From positions 30,880 to 94,879 of the forward strand of contig JAZQGP010000004.1 in assembly GCA_045540015.1 (NCBI GenBank): 64,000 nt of DNA. The letters run 5' to 3'. Each line of letters starts with the position of its first letter. The stretch's first letter is position 1. The DNA comes from Eubacteriales bacterium (lineage in GTDB: Bacteria; Bacillota; Clostridia; Oscillospirales; CAG-382). Below, in pieces: positions 1-9,916 of this stretch. The notes beneath the pieces are model-generated. The model was not told the DNA's origin. It did no database searches and was given only the letters and a program-made list of their open reading frames with translations. The translations under genes and the position numbers were made by a program.

Positions 1-1322
1 CCTGTTTTGTCAAGTCCTCTTGAGGAATCGCTCTTGTAGAACCTGTCAAACACATACGGAAGCTCTTCACTTTTTATTCCAATACCCGTGTTATAAACAC
101 TTACCTCGTACCTCTGTCCGAGGTCTTTTATATTTATCTTCAAGGTTCCTTCTTCGCCTGTGAACTTTATGGCATTGTCAATAAGATTGTAAAGAACCTG
201 GTGAATTGCATCTCTGTCCGCAAAAACCTCTGCCGGGTCTGCATCTGACTCAAATTCGATTTCCAGCTTCTTTTCATCTATCTTTTCTTCAAAAGAAATC
301 AGAATAAGGCGGGCAACCTCGCATATATCGAATTTAGTCTTATTGAATTTTACTTTACCCGATTCAAGCCTTGAAACCTCAAGCAAACTGCTGACAAGCC
401 TTGAAAGCCGTTTGACTTCGTCCGACACTATTTTGAGATAGTATTTTTGCTTTTCCGGTGGGATTGTACCGTCCAAGATGCCGTCAATAAACCCTTGAAT
501 GCTTGTCATAGGCGTTCTCAGGTCATGAGACACGTTTGACAAAAACGAGCTTCTTGTGCTTTCAAAGGTATCAAGTGATTCCGCCATCTGGTTGAAGGCT
601 TTTGCAAGGTCTGAAATCTCATCATTTCCCTTAACTGTAACACGTGGAGAAAAGTCTCCTCGTGAATAACTCTTTGCAGCACCGCTCATCGCTTTAAGCG
701 GAGCTATTACTCTGTCCGTAATGAAATACACTGCTATTATTGCCGCGAAGAACGTCCAGATGCAGGCAATAATTACAATTGTTATAATCTGACTGCGTAT
801 ATCCGCAAGACCGCTTCCGGAGGATGAAAGAATTATAAGACCGTCAATTATTTCGCCGTTTCCGGCGTTTACCGTATAAACATAGTTAAAACGTCTGCCG
901 GCAAAAAGTCCCGAGAGATTTCCGTATACAAAATCCGTGTCAGAATCCGTCAGAGCCGTTATGCTTTTGACATCGGCATATCTTTTCTTTATTTGTCGCT
1001 TTTCCTCTCCAACCTTAACAAGCAGATTTCCCTTACTGTTGGTTATCAGAATAACCGATTCGGAATACTCTGCCAAAGGCTCTATAGACTCCGAAAGAAA
1101 GGAAGCATTGTCCGCACACACGTCTCCAAAGCTCTTTTCTGTGCTTTCCATAATTCCGTATATAGCATTATAAACGGTTTTTGCAGTGTTTTCCATCAGA
1201 CTTTCCTTGCGGTCTGTTGAATACTCACTTATTACCGAGCTTAAAACCGCAGCTATTGTTATAAAGCCCAGTCCCAAAAGCAAAACAAATGAAAGCATAT
1301 ATTTTGAAAATATGGATTTCAC
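1..1322 (-). CDS. sensor histidine kinase; the C-terminal end runs off the window edge
   Basis: Own minus-strand translation; not in the ORF track because it is open at the edge. GTG start at 1322 follows AGGAGA. N-terminal TM segment, then H-box 'SHDLRTPMTSIQGF', N-box 'LIDNAIKFT' and 'DRFYKSDSSR'. Confidence 0.85.
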   Translation of the reverse strand, partial: MKSIFSKYMLSFVLLLGLGFITIAAVLSSVISEYSTDRKESLMENTAKTVYNAIYGIMESTEKSFGDVCADNASFLSESIEPLAEYSESVILITNSKGNLLVKVGEEKRQIKKRYADVKSITALTDSDTDFVYGNLSGLFAGRRFNYVYTVNAGNGEIIDGLIILSSSGSGLADIRSQIITIVIIACIWTFFAAIIAVYFITDRVIAPLKAMSGAAKSYSRGDFSPRVTVKGNDEISDLAKAFNQMAESLDTFESTRSSFLSNVSHDLRTPMTSIQGFIDGILDGTIPPEKQKYYLKIVSDEVKRLSRLVSSLLEVSRLESGKVKFNKTKFDICEVARLILISFEEKIDEKKLEIEFESDADPAEVFADRDAIHQVLYNLIDNAIKFTGEEGTLKINIKDLGQRYEVSVYNTGIGIKSEELPYVFDRFYKSDSSRGLDKT

Positions 1323-1365
1323 AGCTTTCTTCTCCTTTCTTACGGAAATAATTGAATTATATTAT

Positions 1366-2520
1366 TTACTGTTTTTTACAAAAAGCTTTAGCCATTATTC
1401 TCGCTTTTGCGTCAGCATCTATTACCTCTGAAAGCGTCAGCGTTTCATCTTTTCCGCCACGGACATTTTCAACGCAATTGTCCATAATTTCAAAAATATC
1501 CGTATATCCTATTTTATCCTCAAGGAACATATCAACACATGCTTCGTTTGAAGCATTGTAAACCGCCGTTGAAACTCCGCCATAGGAAACGGCTCGTCTT
1601 GCAAGCTTTACCGACGGGAAAACATCATTATCTACATCGTAAAACGACAGCTTTCCCATTTTTACAAGGTCAAGTCTTTCCGAAACGCCGGGTATTCTGT
1701 CGGGATATGTCAGAGCATACTGTATGCAATGGCGCATATCGGGAACTCCCATCTGTGCTATCACCGAACCGTCATTAAATTCAACCATTGAGTGAATTAT
1801 GCTCTCTCTGTGAATAACAACGTCAACTTTGTCCATCGGCACATTGAAAAGGCGCATTGCCTCTATCATTTCAAGCCCCTTATTCACAAGCGTTGAAGAA
1901 TACACGGTAATGCCTTTTCCCATGCTCCAGTTCGGATGACAAAGTGCCTGCTCTTTTGTAACTGTTTTAAGCTGTTCTTTTGTGTATCCGAAAAACGGAC
2001 CACCGGAACCTGTTACAATTATTCTCTTAATCTCGCCATGCTTTCCGCTTCGAAGACACTGATGAATCGCACAGTGCTCGCTGTCTATGGGAAGCACCGA
2101 AACGCCCTTTTCTCTTGCTCTTCTCATTACAATTTCGCCTGCAGACACAAGCGTTTCCTTGTTTGCAATAGCTATGTTTTTTCCTTCGTCAATAGCCGCG
2201 AGCGTCGGCTTTAGTCCCGAAAAACCGATTATTGCGTTTACAACCGTGTCGCAGTCACACTCATGACAAAGCTGTTCAGCAGCAGCGTTGCCCGAAAGAA
2301 TCTTTATTCCTTTTGCAGACACTTTTGCTCTAAACTGTTCTGCAGCTTTTTCATCGGTCACGGCACATATTTTTGCTCCTGTTTCCAAAAGCTGCTTTTC
2401 AAGAAGAGAAATGTTACTGTTAACGGACAGCGCCGTAACAGAAAGCCCGAGATGTTTTGCAACATCAAGCGTCTGAGTTCCTATTGAACCTGTTGAGCCA
2501 AGTAGACAGATTTTATTCAT
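1366..2520 (-). CDS. dxr: 1-deoxy-D-xylulose-5-phosphate reductoisomerase
   Basis: N-terminal 'ICLLGSTGSIGTQTLDV' NADPH-binding motif, and the full-length similarity pattern and size are typical of Dxr. The ATG at 2520 is preferred over the TTG at 2532 used by the ORF track. Confidence 0.93.
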   Translation of the reverse strand: MNKICLLGSTGSIGTQTLDVAKHLGLSVTALSVNSNISLLEKQLLETGAKICAVTDEKAAEQFRAKVSAKGIKILSGNAAAEQLCHECDCDTVVNAIIGFSGLKPTLAAIDEGKNIAIANKETLVSAGEIVMRRAREKGVSVLPIDSEHCAIHQCLRSGKHGEIKRIIVTGSGGPFFGYTKEQLKTVTKEQALCHPNWSMGKGITVYSSTLVNKGLEMIEAMRLFNVPMDKVDVVIHRESIIHSMVEFNDGSVIAQMGVPDMRHCIQYALTYPDRIPGVSERLDLVKMGKLSFYDVDNDVFPSVKLARRAVSYGGVSTAVYNASNEACVDMFLEDKIGYTDIFEIMDNCVENVRGGKDETLTLSEVIDADAKARIMAKAFCKKQ

Positions 2521-2539
2521 TTCAACTTTCAACTTTCAA

Positions 2540-3946
2540 TTATTTAATTGCTATCATGCTCTTGTCGGCAAATTTTCCCATTTCAATATTTGCATCTTCA
2601 AACTGGGTAATTTTTTCACCGTTGAGAGTATAATTTTCGATTACAACGTTGGAAATTTCTCCGACACCGTTATATCTTTCAATCCACCATCTCGGTTTAT
2701 AGCCGTTCTGTGTAACAACAGAAATGTTACGGAATGTAACACTGTCAATTTCTCCTGTGTGGTCGTCCTTTGAATACATTGTACGAACAGTTGTAATAGC
2801 AGCTATCGGAGGATAGTGGTTTTCATTGTCATCTTCATATTTCTGTTCTTTTTCAGTCTGAATCATGGATCTTTCATATCTTTCATCATATTCAAGTCTG
2901 ATATCCTCAAAAAGAACATTTGAAATTTTTGCTCTGTCACCGTGCTGAAGGTCAAGTCCCTGATGCATTACTCTTATGCAGTCGATATTCTTAATAGTAA
3001 TTCCGGTCATTTCGTCTGCACTTGTCTCTGCACCTATTTCAACGTTCTTACCCCAGTCACACCAGGTTACGCAATTTTCTACATAAATATTTCTTACATA
3101 CTTTTCCGAGTTCCATGCAAGACCTTTTATTACAATACAGTCGTCAAAGTTTCTGAGAAAACTGTTTCTGAGAACGCAGTTTGTGGAGTTTGTAAAGTCG
3201 CAGCCGTCGGAATTATATCTCCACATTCCTATAAGCTTTATGTTATCCGCAACGCAGTTGTCGCAGTCTGCAAAGTGAATTGTCCACTGCGGAGCATCTC
3301 TGACTATAACTCCTTCTACAAAAACGTTCTTACAGCTTTTGAACATAAGAGGAGTTCCGTTTCCTCTTTCGGTGTTTGAACTGTCAATAATTCCGTAGCC
3401 GACTATTTTTATATTCTCCGCACCTTCTGCTCCAAAAGAGCCATACACCACAGCACCTTCGTCCACATAAACGGTTGTATTGCTTTCCAGAACCAACTTT
3501 TCTTCAAGGTAAGTAACGCCTTCTCCAAAATAAATGACATTTTGATTTTCGGAATCAACATTAAATTCCTTTACGGGATTCACAAAAATATGAAGAACTT
3601 TATGTCTTGAACCGTATTCAAGAACATACTGTCCTGCACCGGGAAGAGTAAATTCTACTTTTCCGTCAATTACATTGGTCTTTATATTTTTTGAAAGCGG
3701 ACGTACAACAACATTTTCCGTAGGATATTCGCTCTTTACAGACATTTTTACTTCACTGTCTGCACCGAATGTAACAAAAGAAGTAAGCTCCGTCTGGTCA
3801 AGGGGTCTCTGATATCCCGGCCACACCTGATTTATAGGATGTGCAGAAACTCTTGCCTCGTGGCACTTTATGTTTTGTCCATCGGCGTATACTGAAAATT
3901 CCTTTGATTCTGTTTCACTTTCGGGAAAAATATAGTTTTTAATCAT
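2540..3946 (-). CDS. right-handed beta-helix glycoside hydrolase, GH28-like (polygalacturonase-type), no signal peptide
   Basis: 'NSDGCDF' and 'FDDCIVIKG' resemble the GH28 NTDG.D / DDC.A.K motifs. Repetitive beta-helix-like sequence. Confidence 0.6.
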   Translation of the reverse strand: MIKNYIFPESETESKEFSVYADGQNIKCHEARVSAHPINQVWPGYQRPLDQTELTSFVTFGADSEVKMSVKSEYPTENVVVRPLSKNIKTNVIDGKVEFTLPGAGQYVLEYGSRHKVLHIFVNPVKEFNVDSENQNVIYFGEGVTYLEEKLVLESNTTVYVDEGAVVYGSFGAEGAENIKIVGYGIIDSSNTERGNGTPLMFKSCKNVFVEGVIVRDAPQWTIHFADCDNCVADNIKLIGMWRYNSDGCDFTNSTNCVLRNSFLRNFDDCIVIKGLAWNSEKYVRNIYVENCVTWCDWGKNVEIGAETSADEMTGITIKNIDCIRVMHQGLDLQHGDRAKISNVLFEDIRLEYDERYERSMIQTEKEQKYEDDNENHYPPIAAITTVRTMYSKDDHTGEIDSVTFRNISVVTQNGYKPRWWIERYNGVGEISNVVIENYTLNGEKITQFEDANIEMGKFADKSMIAIK

Positions 3947-3963
3947 TGTTTATTCCTCTCTTT

Positions 3964-6201
3964 TTATAAAAAAGTAAGCTGTTTTAGATTTGTTACTGTT
4001 GTCCCTGTGCTGGGAAGCTTATTCTTTCTGTAACGTGAGAAATCCTTCATTTTTTCACTTCCGTCGTCAACGAACAATGATACTGTTTTTATCTTTTGTC
4101 CCTTTTTAAGAGTGAAAACAATTACTCCTGAAGATGTTCTTGTTACCTTTTGAGTAAGCTGAGAGGAGTTCATAATAATTGCTTTTCCGCTGTCTGAAAC
4201 AAGCAGATATTCACTTGCAAAGCCTCTGCCTTTGTGCTCGGGAACAAAGAATATTCCGACAGTTTTTGAATCCTCACTGAATGCATTTGTGAGCTTTTTG
4301 CGGTTTGTCTTTGTTTCGTAGCACTTTATTGGAATACTCACAGCCTTGCCGTTTTCAAAGAACAGGGCAACATTTCCGGAATAATCCTTTGTTGTACACA
4401 TGAAAATTACATTTTCGCCCTCATCAAACTCAAGCTTTGCGGGAATGTAATCACCAAGACTTGAGTTTTTAACCTCGTCAAAGTCATCAAGTCTTGCCTT
4501 ATAAACCTTGCACTTATCTGTAAATGCAAGTAAATCGCAGTCATTTGTAACAAGCTCATTTGAAATAATTGCGTCGTTTTCCTTGAGCTTGTGTTCCTCA
4601 ACTTTTGCTTTGTCACTCTTAGGAGGAAGCACTTTTTTGAAATATCCGTCCTTTGTTATTACCGCATATACCGGATAATCGAGAACAGGTGCTTCTTCTT
4701 CATACTGAACGGGTTTATCATATACAATTTCAGTTTTTCTCGGAATAGCATATTTTTTCTTTATTTCCGTTAGCTCTTTTGCAATAAGGTTTCTTACCTT
4801 TGTTCTGCTCTTTAATATATCCTCTGTTTCGGCGATCTTCTTTTCAAGCTCTTCCGTTTCGGAAATACGGTTGAGAATATATTCTCGGTTAAGATAACGG
4901 AGCTTTATTTCCGCAATGTATTCCGCCTGAATCTGGTCAATATTAAAGCCTTTCATCAAGTTAGGAATAACATCCTTTTCTTTCTCTGTTTTACGTATAA
5001 TCTTTATTGCTTTATCAATATCGGCAAGTATTTCCTTGAGACCGTAAAGCAAATGAAGCTTATCCTTCATCTTTCCGAGATTAAAGAATAGCTCTCGTTT
5101 TACGCATTCGCTTCTCCAGGCAAGCCATTCGTCAATTATTTCTCTTATTCCGAGAGTTCTTGGCGTTCCTGCTATAAGAACATTGAAATTGCAGGCGAAG
5201 CTATCCTCAAGAGTTGTGTTTTTCATAAGCTTTGCCATAAGCTTTTCAGGATCTGCTCCACGCTTCAAATCAATAGTGAGTCTCAAGCCTTCAAGACCTG
5301 TTTCGTCTCTTATATCGGAAATTTCCTTTACTTTTCCTTCCTTTGCCATGGCGGAAATTTTATCAATTATTGCCTCTACCTTTGTTGTGTATGGAATTTC
5401 CGTTATTTCTATACAATTATATTTTTTGTTATAGGTATATTTACTTCTTAGCTTAAAAGAACCTCGTCCTGTTTTATAAATTTCCGAAAGCTGTTCTCTG
5501 TCATAAATAAGATATCCGCCGGTTGAAAAATCGGGAGCTTTAATTATATCAAGAAAATCAACTTCTTCGTCCTTTATAAATGCACAAACCGCATCGCACA
5601 CTTCTCCAAGATTGAAAGAACAGAAATCCGATGCCATACCTACGGCAATTCCCTTATTTGCAGAAACAAGAATATTTGGAAAGGCTGTGGGAAGAAGCGC
5701 AGGCTCCTTCATTGTGCCGTCGTAATTATCTATCATTTCTACGGCATCTTTATCTATTCCGCGGAACACGGTTTCACAGAAATCGGAGAGCTTTACTTCT
5801 GTATAACGCGAAGCTGCGTATGCCATATCGGAAAAGACTTTACCAAACGAACCCTTTGAATCTACAAACGGGTGCAGAAGTGCCTCGTTTCCTCGTGTAA
5901 GACGCACCATTGTTTCATATATTGCCGCATCTCCGTGAGGATTAAGGCGCATTGTCTGTCCTACAACGTTTGCGGATTTTGTCCTTGTTCCTCCAAGCAG
6001 TCCCATTTTATACATTGTATAAAGAAGCTTTCTATGTGAGGGTTTAAATCCGTCTATTTCAGGGATGGCTCTTGAAATAATTACGCTCATTGCGTAAGGC
6101 ATATAGTTCTTTCGGAGAGTATCTGTAATTATTTCATCCGTAAGCACTGCTGTTATTTCCTGAACCTGTTCCGGCTCCGATGTTTTCTTTTTTCTTGCCA
6201 A
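3964..6201 (-). CDS. type IIA DNA topoisomerase subunit A (GyrA/ParC family, ParC-like length)
   Basis: 'DGFKPSHRKLLY', 'HPHGD'-like 'NPHGDAAIYETMVRL', catalytic-Tyr context 'AASRYTEVKL'. 745 aa. No B subunit in the window. Confidence 0.85.
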   Translation of the reverse strand: MARKKKTSEPEQVQEITAVLTDEIITDTLRKNYMPYAMSVIISRAIPEIDGFKPSHRKLLYTMYKMGLLGGTRTKSANVVGQTMRLNPHGDAAIYETMVRLTRGNEALLHPFVDSKGSFGKVFSDMAYAASRYTEVKLSDFCETVFRGIDKDAVEMIDNYDGTMKEPALLPTAFPNILVSANKGIAVGMASDFCSFNLGEVCDAVCAFIKDEEVDFLDIIKAPDFSTGGYLIYDREQLSEIYKTGRGSFKLRSKYTYNKKYNCIEITEIPYTTKVEAIIDKISAMAKEGKVKEISDIRDETGLEGLRLTIDLKRGADPEKLMAKLMKNTTLEDSFACNFNVLIAGTPRTLGIREIIDEWLAWRSECVKRELFFNLGKMKDKLHLLYGLKEILADIDKAIKIIRKTEKEKDVIPNLMKGFNIDQIQAEYIAEIKLRYLNREYILNRISETEELEKKIAETEDILKSRTKVRNLIAKELTEIKKKYAIPRKTEIVYDKPVQYEEEAPVLDYPVYAVITKDGYFKKVLPPKSDKAKVEEHKLKENDAIISNELVTNDCDLLAFTDKCKVYKARLDDFDEVKNSSLGDYIPAKLEFDEGENVIFMCTTKDYSGNVALFFENGKAVSIPIKCYETKTNRKKLTNAFSEDSKTVGIFFVPEHKGRGFASEYLLVSDSGKAIIMNSSQLTQKVTRTSSGVIVFTLKKGQKIKTVSLFVDDGSEKMKDFSRYRKNKLPSTGTTVTNLKQLTFL

Positions 6202-6261
6202 GGGGAAGTTCCTCCTCGCTGTTTTTGATATGTTATGTATTTATATGTTATTTTCTTTATG

Positions 6262-6697
6262 TTAGGTGGGGTTAAATGGAAATTTTATCTCTTATCGACC
6301 GAGATATATAAAAATGAAATTTTAGTTTCTTTTTTCGTACTTTCCACCGGAGGAAAGTACTACAAAGTCCGCCCATGGAAACTACGTTTCCCTCGGTCAC
6401 CCTTCCTTGTCGCCGACGCATTTCTATCTTACTTTTTTCAAAAAGTTTATCTCTCATCTTCAACCTATTTGTCGTACAATCCGGCTTCTATAGCTTACGG
6501 CGATTATTTGTAAGATTACAAAAATGCAACAATGGAGCAATCTCGTTTTCAGAATGCACTCAAATATGTACTTTCGTGAACTTGATGTTGTTTAAATTAT
6601 ATTTCAATTCAATAGGAAGTATCGTGAAATCGAAGTTGTTTAGACTTTGATTTCACCGTTCAAAAGTTTTTTGCTTACTTTTTTTCAAAAAAGTAAG
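6262..6697. repeat. mosaic intergenic repeat, copy A (modules m1, m3, half-H, H, S)
   Basis: Hand alignment to copies B, C and D. Fills the gap between dnaN and the topoisomerase gene. Confidence 0.8.
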
Positions 6698-6702
6698 TGA
6701 AA

Positions 6703-7815
6703 TTATCTAGATCTTACCGGCATTACAAGCTGCAAATAGAAGCTTTCTTCCTTTTCATCTTCTTCGCGAGCAATAATAACAAGACCTTTTCCGCCGGAAG
6801 CTATACGCATTACAACCTTTTCGTCATCACAGGCACGAAGCGCATCTATGAGATAATTCTGGTTGAAATTTACTTCTATGGGATTTCCTTCCATGTAAAT
6901 AGAAAGAAGGTCATTTATTTTACCCTTGTCGGTTTCACAGCTTATCTTAAGCTGGTCATTGATAAAGTTTAGCTTTGCTGATGCTTTAAGCTTGTCGTTT
7001 ATAAGAGCAACTCTTTCAAGGCTTGAAATAAGAGCATTTTTTTCCACTACTGCACTTACTTCGTATGTTGGGATGTATTTTTTGTACTGCGGAAATTCTC
7101 CTTCAAGAAGTCTTATAAGAATATAGAGATTGTCAACTTGGAAAACAATGTGTTTATTTGCAAGCTCGCATACAACATCATCATCGCTGTCATCAATGAT
7201 TCTTAGCAAATTCTGCTGTGCTTTTCCGGGAATTATAAAGCTTACATTAAGGTCAGACTTGTCCGCTGTACTCTTTTCCGTTCTCACAGAAATCCTGAAA
7301 CCGTCAATTGCACAAACCGTGAGATTTCCGCCGCTTATTTCAAACAGAGAACCTTTGAGAATCGGTTTTGAATCATCTGAGGATACTGCAAACATTGTCT
7401 TTGCAATAATTGCTCTGAGCTGTTTTCTCGATATTGTAAAGTTTGAAAAACCTTTTATGTCGGGAAGTTCAGGATAGCTTTCCGCACTTCTTCCGAGAAT
7501 TTGAAAATCTGCTTCTCCTGCTGTTATTTTTATGATGTAATTATCGTCTGTTTCTATGTTTATTTCGCCTTCGGGAAGACTGTGGATAATAGGAACTATC
7601 TGAAGGTCTGCAATAATTTTTCCTTCCCTTTCGATATTTGCAGGAACTGTAGTTTTAATTCCCTTTTCTATATCGTAGCAATAAAGGATAAGCTCGTTTC
7701 CTTTTGCTTCAATATATATTCCGCTTGCAGCTGATTCTGCAGCTTTGTTTTGTGCAACAACACTTACAGGAGTTATTGCTTTTTCAAATTGGGATTTGTC
7801 TACGGTGAAAATCAT
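6703..7815 (-). CDS. dnaN: DNA polymerase III beta sliding clamp
   Basis: 370 aa, three-domain clamp length. 'LLEGEFPQYKKYIP' and C-terminal 'LVMPVR' are typical of DnaN. A DnaA-box cluster lies directly upstream. Confidence 0.9.
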   Translation of the reverse strand: MIFTVDKSQFEKAITPVSVVAQNKAAESAASGIYIEAKGNELILYCYDIEKGIKTTVPANIEREGKIIADLQIVPIIHSLPEGEINIETDDNYIIKITAGEADFQILGRSAESYPELPDIKGFSNFTISRKQLRAIIAKTMFAVSSDDSKPILKGSLFEISGGNLTVCAIDGFRISVRTEKSTADKSDLNVSFIIPGKAQQNLLRIIDDSDDDVVCELANKHIVFQVDNLYILIRLLEGEFPQYKKYIPTYEVSAVVEKNALISSLERVALINDKLKASAKLNFINDQLKISCETDKGKINDLLSIYMEGNPIEVNFNQNYLIDALRACDDEKVVMRIASGGKGLVIIAREEDEKEESFYLQLVMPVRSR

Positions 7816-7835
7816 GGTTCTTCATCCTTTCTGTG

Positions 7836-7868
7836 TATATAAAAACATATATTTTAATTTATTTTAGG
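7836..7868. promoter_or_regulatory. AT-rich candidate DNA-unwinding element between the trio array and the dnaN start
   Basis: tatataaaaacatatattttaatttattttagg: 3 G/C in 33 nt. Confidence 0.5.
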
Positions 7869-7889
7869 TAGCAGTAGTAGTAGTAGTAT
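7869..7889. promoter_or_regulatory. DnaA-trio-like trinucleotide array
   Basis: TAG CAG TAG TAG TAG TAG TAT, lying 1 nt from the two abutting DnaA boxes at 7891-7908. 5'-TAG-3' equals the published 3'-GAT-5' trio motif. Confidence 0.65.
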
Positions 7890-7890
7890 A

Positions 7891-8062
7891 TGTGGAAAAT
7901 GTGGAAAAGCTTCGGAATGCTTATATAAGGCAGATTTGTGAGAATTTTTTATATGGATAACTACGTGGGAAACCATGTTGGAAATATGTGGATTTGTGTG
8001 GAAAACCCAGTGTGGAAAAAGTGGAAAACTATTTGTGTAAATGTGGAAAAAAATGTGGAATA
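7891..8062 (-). promoter_or_regulatory. DnaA-box cluster (11 boxes, all in one orientation)
   Basis: Five perfect TGTGGAAAA (= TTTTCCACA on the minus strand) at 7891, 7900, 7997, 8011 and 8042. Six near variants: TATGGATAA 7952, CGTGGGAAA 7964, TGTTGGAAA 7976, TGTGGATTT 7987, AGTGGAAAA 8020, TGTGGAATA 8054. Confidence 0.8.
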
Positions 8063-8072
8063 ATCAAGAGAC

Positions 8073-9476
8073 TTATTTATTCATTAAATTTATTATATTC
8101 ATAACTCTCGCCGGCGTACAGGCTGTCATTATATTATTCAAAAACAGAACATCCGTTATGTTGTTTTCCGTAATGTAAGAAACCGCATCAAACGGGAATG
8201 TTCTTATATCCGCAACAACAACCTTATCATAGTGAGCAAGAAGAAACGGAACAAATGCATTTCCGTAGGATTCCTTAAAAACAATAATGCTTCTGCCGGA
8301 ATTGTTGTCGGTTGTGGCAACTGCACATGGAATATCACCGCCGGTAAATACAAGATATCCTGAAGAAACGGAAGAAATATTTTCATATATCATAGTACCG
8401 GAATAGGTGGAAACACCGTCATCCTTGTAGTTTGTCATGTTATAATTTGTGAAAGGCTTGTAGTATTCTACATAATCGGGATTTTCTTCAAGAGTTTTGT
8501 CATAAGTACCGGAATAGAATGTTCCGAGAAATTTGTCTATTTTGCCTTTTTCGTATCTTTCGATATCCACAGGCTCAAAACCTGCAGAAATGGCAAATTG
8601 TTTATAAGCATAATAAGCACCAAGACCTGTCCAGTGATGGTCAGAACGGAAATACAAATATTCACCCTTGTTGTAATGCTTTTGAATTTCGCTGTAAGCA
8701 TCAACCGCAGAAATGCCATGGTCAAGATTTTCGTATATCTCATTGATAAACGGTTTCTGGCGTCTTCCGACAGATTCATGATATTTTGAAGGAAGCCCGA
8801 ATTCAAAATGTGTGGGAATAACAGCATCAAAAATTCTTATACTTTGTGGAAGCGACTGTCTGAAAGCATTTATGGTATTTGTGTAATCACGTGCAACATT
8901 TGAATTTCCATAGAAAATTTCAAGAGCTGTGTCTCCTATCATAAATAATGGACCGCGCTGTTCGCCGGTTAAATCTTCTTTTGTAAGGTCTGCATATTCC
9001 GAAGGATTTGTTATTTCGGCATAAACCCTTGATGGAATCTGTTCTTCACCAACTTTGAGAGAAATATTGTCGGCTCTTGAAGGTTTTAAAGATTCAAAGG
9101 GGATATCTTTGAATAAAATTTTAGAAGAAGCCGATACAGAATCCTTGGAACTTTGAGTACCCGAATTATAGATTTTTATATTGTCAAGACGAAGACCTCT
9201 ATTTTCTTCGAGTGAAAAACCGAGCTTTACAAAATCTTCTCTGAAAACAAAATTGTCAGAGTAATAAACAGAATAGTTGTCTGTATATTCACCCGAAAAA
9301 AGATTTTTCGCGGAAAATTCGGGTTTTTGAGTAAGTTTTCTTCTTTCTATTTCCGATTTCTCCTGTTTTGGAAGAATAAAAAACAAAATTCCCAGAACAG
9401 AAATAAAACATAAAAAGATTAAAACTGTTATTGCAGAGAAAATATTGTTTAAAATTTTTAATTTTTTTGTTTTCAT
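8073..9476 (-). CDS. DHHW-family membrane-anchored protein (AlgX/AlgJ-like SGNH fold, putative O-acyltransferase accessory)
   Basis: N-terminal TM helix and the diagnostic 'YFRSDHHWTGLGAYYAY' motif. Confidence 0.8.
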   Translation of the reverse strand: MKTKKLKILNNIFSAITVLIFLCFISVLGILFFILPKQEKSEIERRKLTQKPEFSAKNLFSGEYTDNYSVYYSDNFVFREDFVKLGFSLEENRGLRLDNIKIYNSGTQSSKDSVSASSKILFKDIPFESLKPSRADNISLKVGEEQIPSRVYAEITNPSEYADLTKEDLTGEQRGPLFMIGDTALEIFYGNSNVARDYTNTINAFRQSLPQSIRIFDAVIPTHFEFGLPSKYHESVGRRQKPFINEIYENLDHGISAVDAYSEIQKHYNKGEYLYFRSDHHWTGLGAYYAYKQFAISAGFEPVDIERYEKGKIDKFLGTFYSGTYDKTLEENPDYVEYYKPFTNYNMTNYKDDGVSTYSGTMIYENISSVSSGYLVFTGGDIPCAVATTDNNSGRSIIVFKESYGNAFVPFLLAHYDKVVVADIRTFPFDAVSYITENNITDVLFLNNIMTACTPARVMNIINLMNK

Positions 9477-9910
9477 AATTCTTTACTTTCTGTATTTTTG
9501 CAGGTTTTGCATATACCGTAGAAAACTGTCCGTGTATTGTCGACTTCAAAGCCGTGATGAGAAAGAATGTGTTCTCCGATGCTGTCAAGAACAGGACAGG
9601 AGGCATGAAAAAGCTTTCCGCATTTTGTGCATTTGAGGTGAAAATGATTTTTACAGCCGTGAGAAGAAATAAACTGAAAGCAAGCACCTTTTGTACTGTC
9701 GGTACTGTATTTTCTCACTAATCCATCAGAAACGAGCTTTTCAACATTTCTGTAAATTGTAGCAGTTCCGACGGGATTGTTATCGGCTTTGAGCTGGTCG
9801 GAAATTTCTTCAATTGTAAGATGTCTGTCGGAATTTTTTTTCAGACATGACAGAATAAGCTCACTTTGTTTTGTTCTGTAAATCATACTTTTCTGAAGCA
9901 TATTATCCAT
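9473..9910 (-). CDS. Fur-family metalloregulator (Fur/PerR/Zur)
   Basis: 145 aa winged-helix N-terminus. Two CxxC pairs ('CTKCGK', 'CKTCK') and 'HHGF'. Its stop overlaps the start of the DHHW gene (ATGA). Confidence 0.85.
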   Translation of the reverse strand: MDNMLQKSMIYRTKQSELILSCLKKNSDRHLTIEEISDQLKADNNPVGTATIYRNVEKLVSDGLVRKYSTDSTKGACFQFISSHGCKNHFHLKCTKCGKLFHASCPVLDSIGEHILSHHGFEVDNTRTVFYGICKTCKNTESKEL

Positions 9911-9916
9911 CCGTTG

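Noticed and set aside
2521-2540. Tandem 'caacttt' repeat between the dxr start and the GH28-like stop.
   Set aside because: It is only two and a half units. It overlaps the RBS and alternative-start region of dxr and is too short to interpret.
6272-6463. Short ORFs inside repeat copies (6272-6463, 10923-11132, 36996-37235, 50332-50583).
   Set aside because: Homologous repeat segments are read in different frames and strands in the different copies. No RBS is present. These are non-coding.
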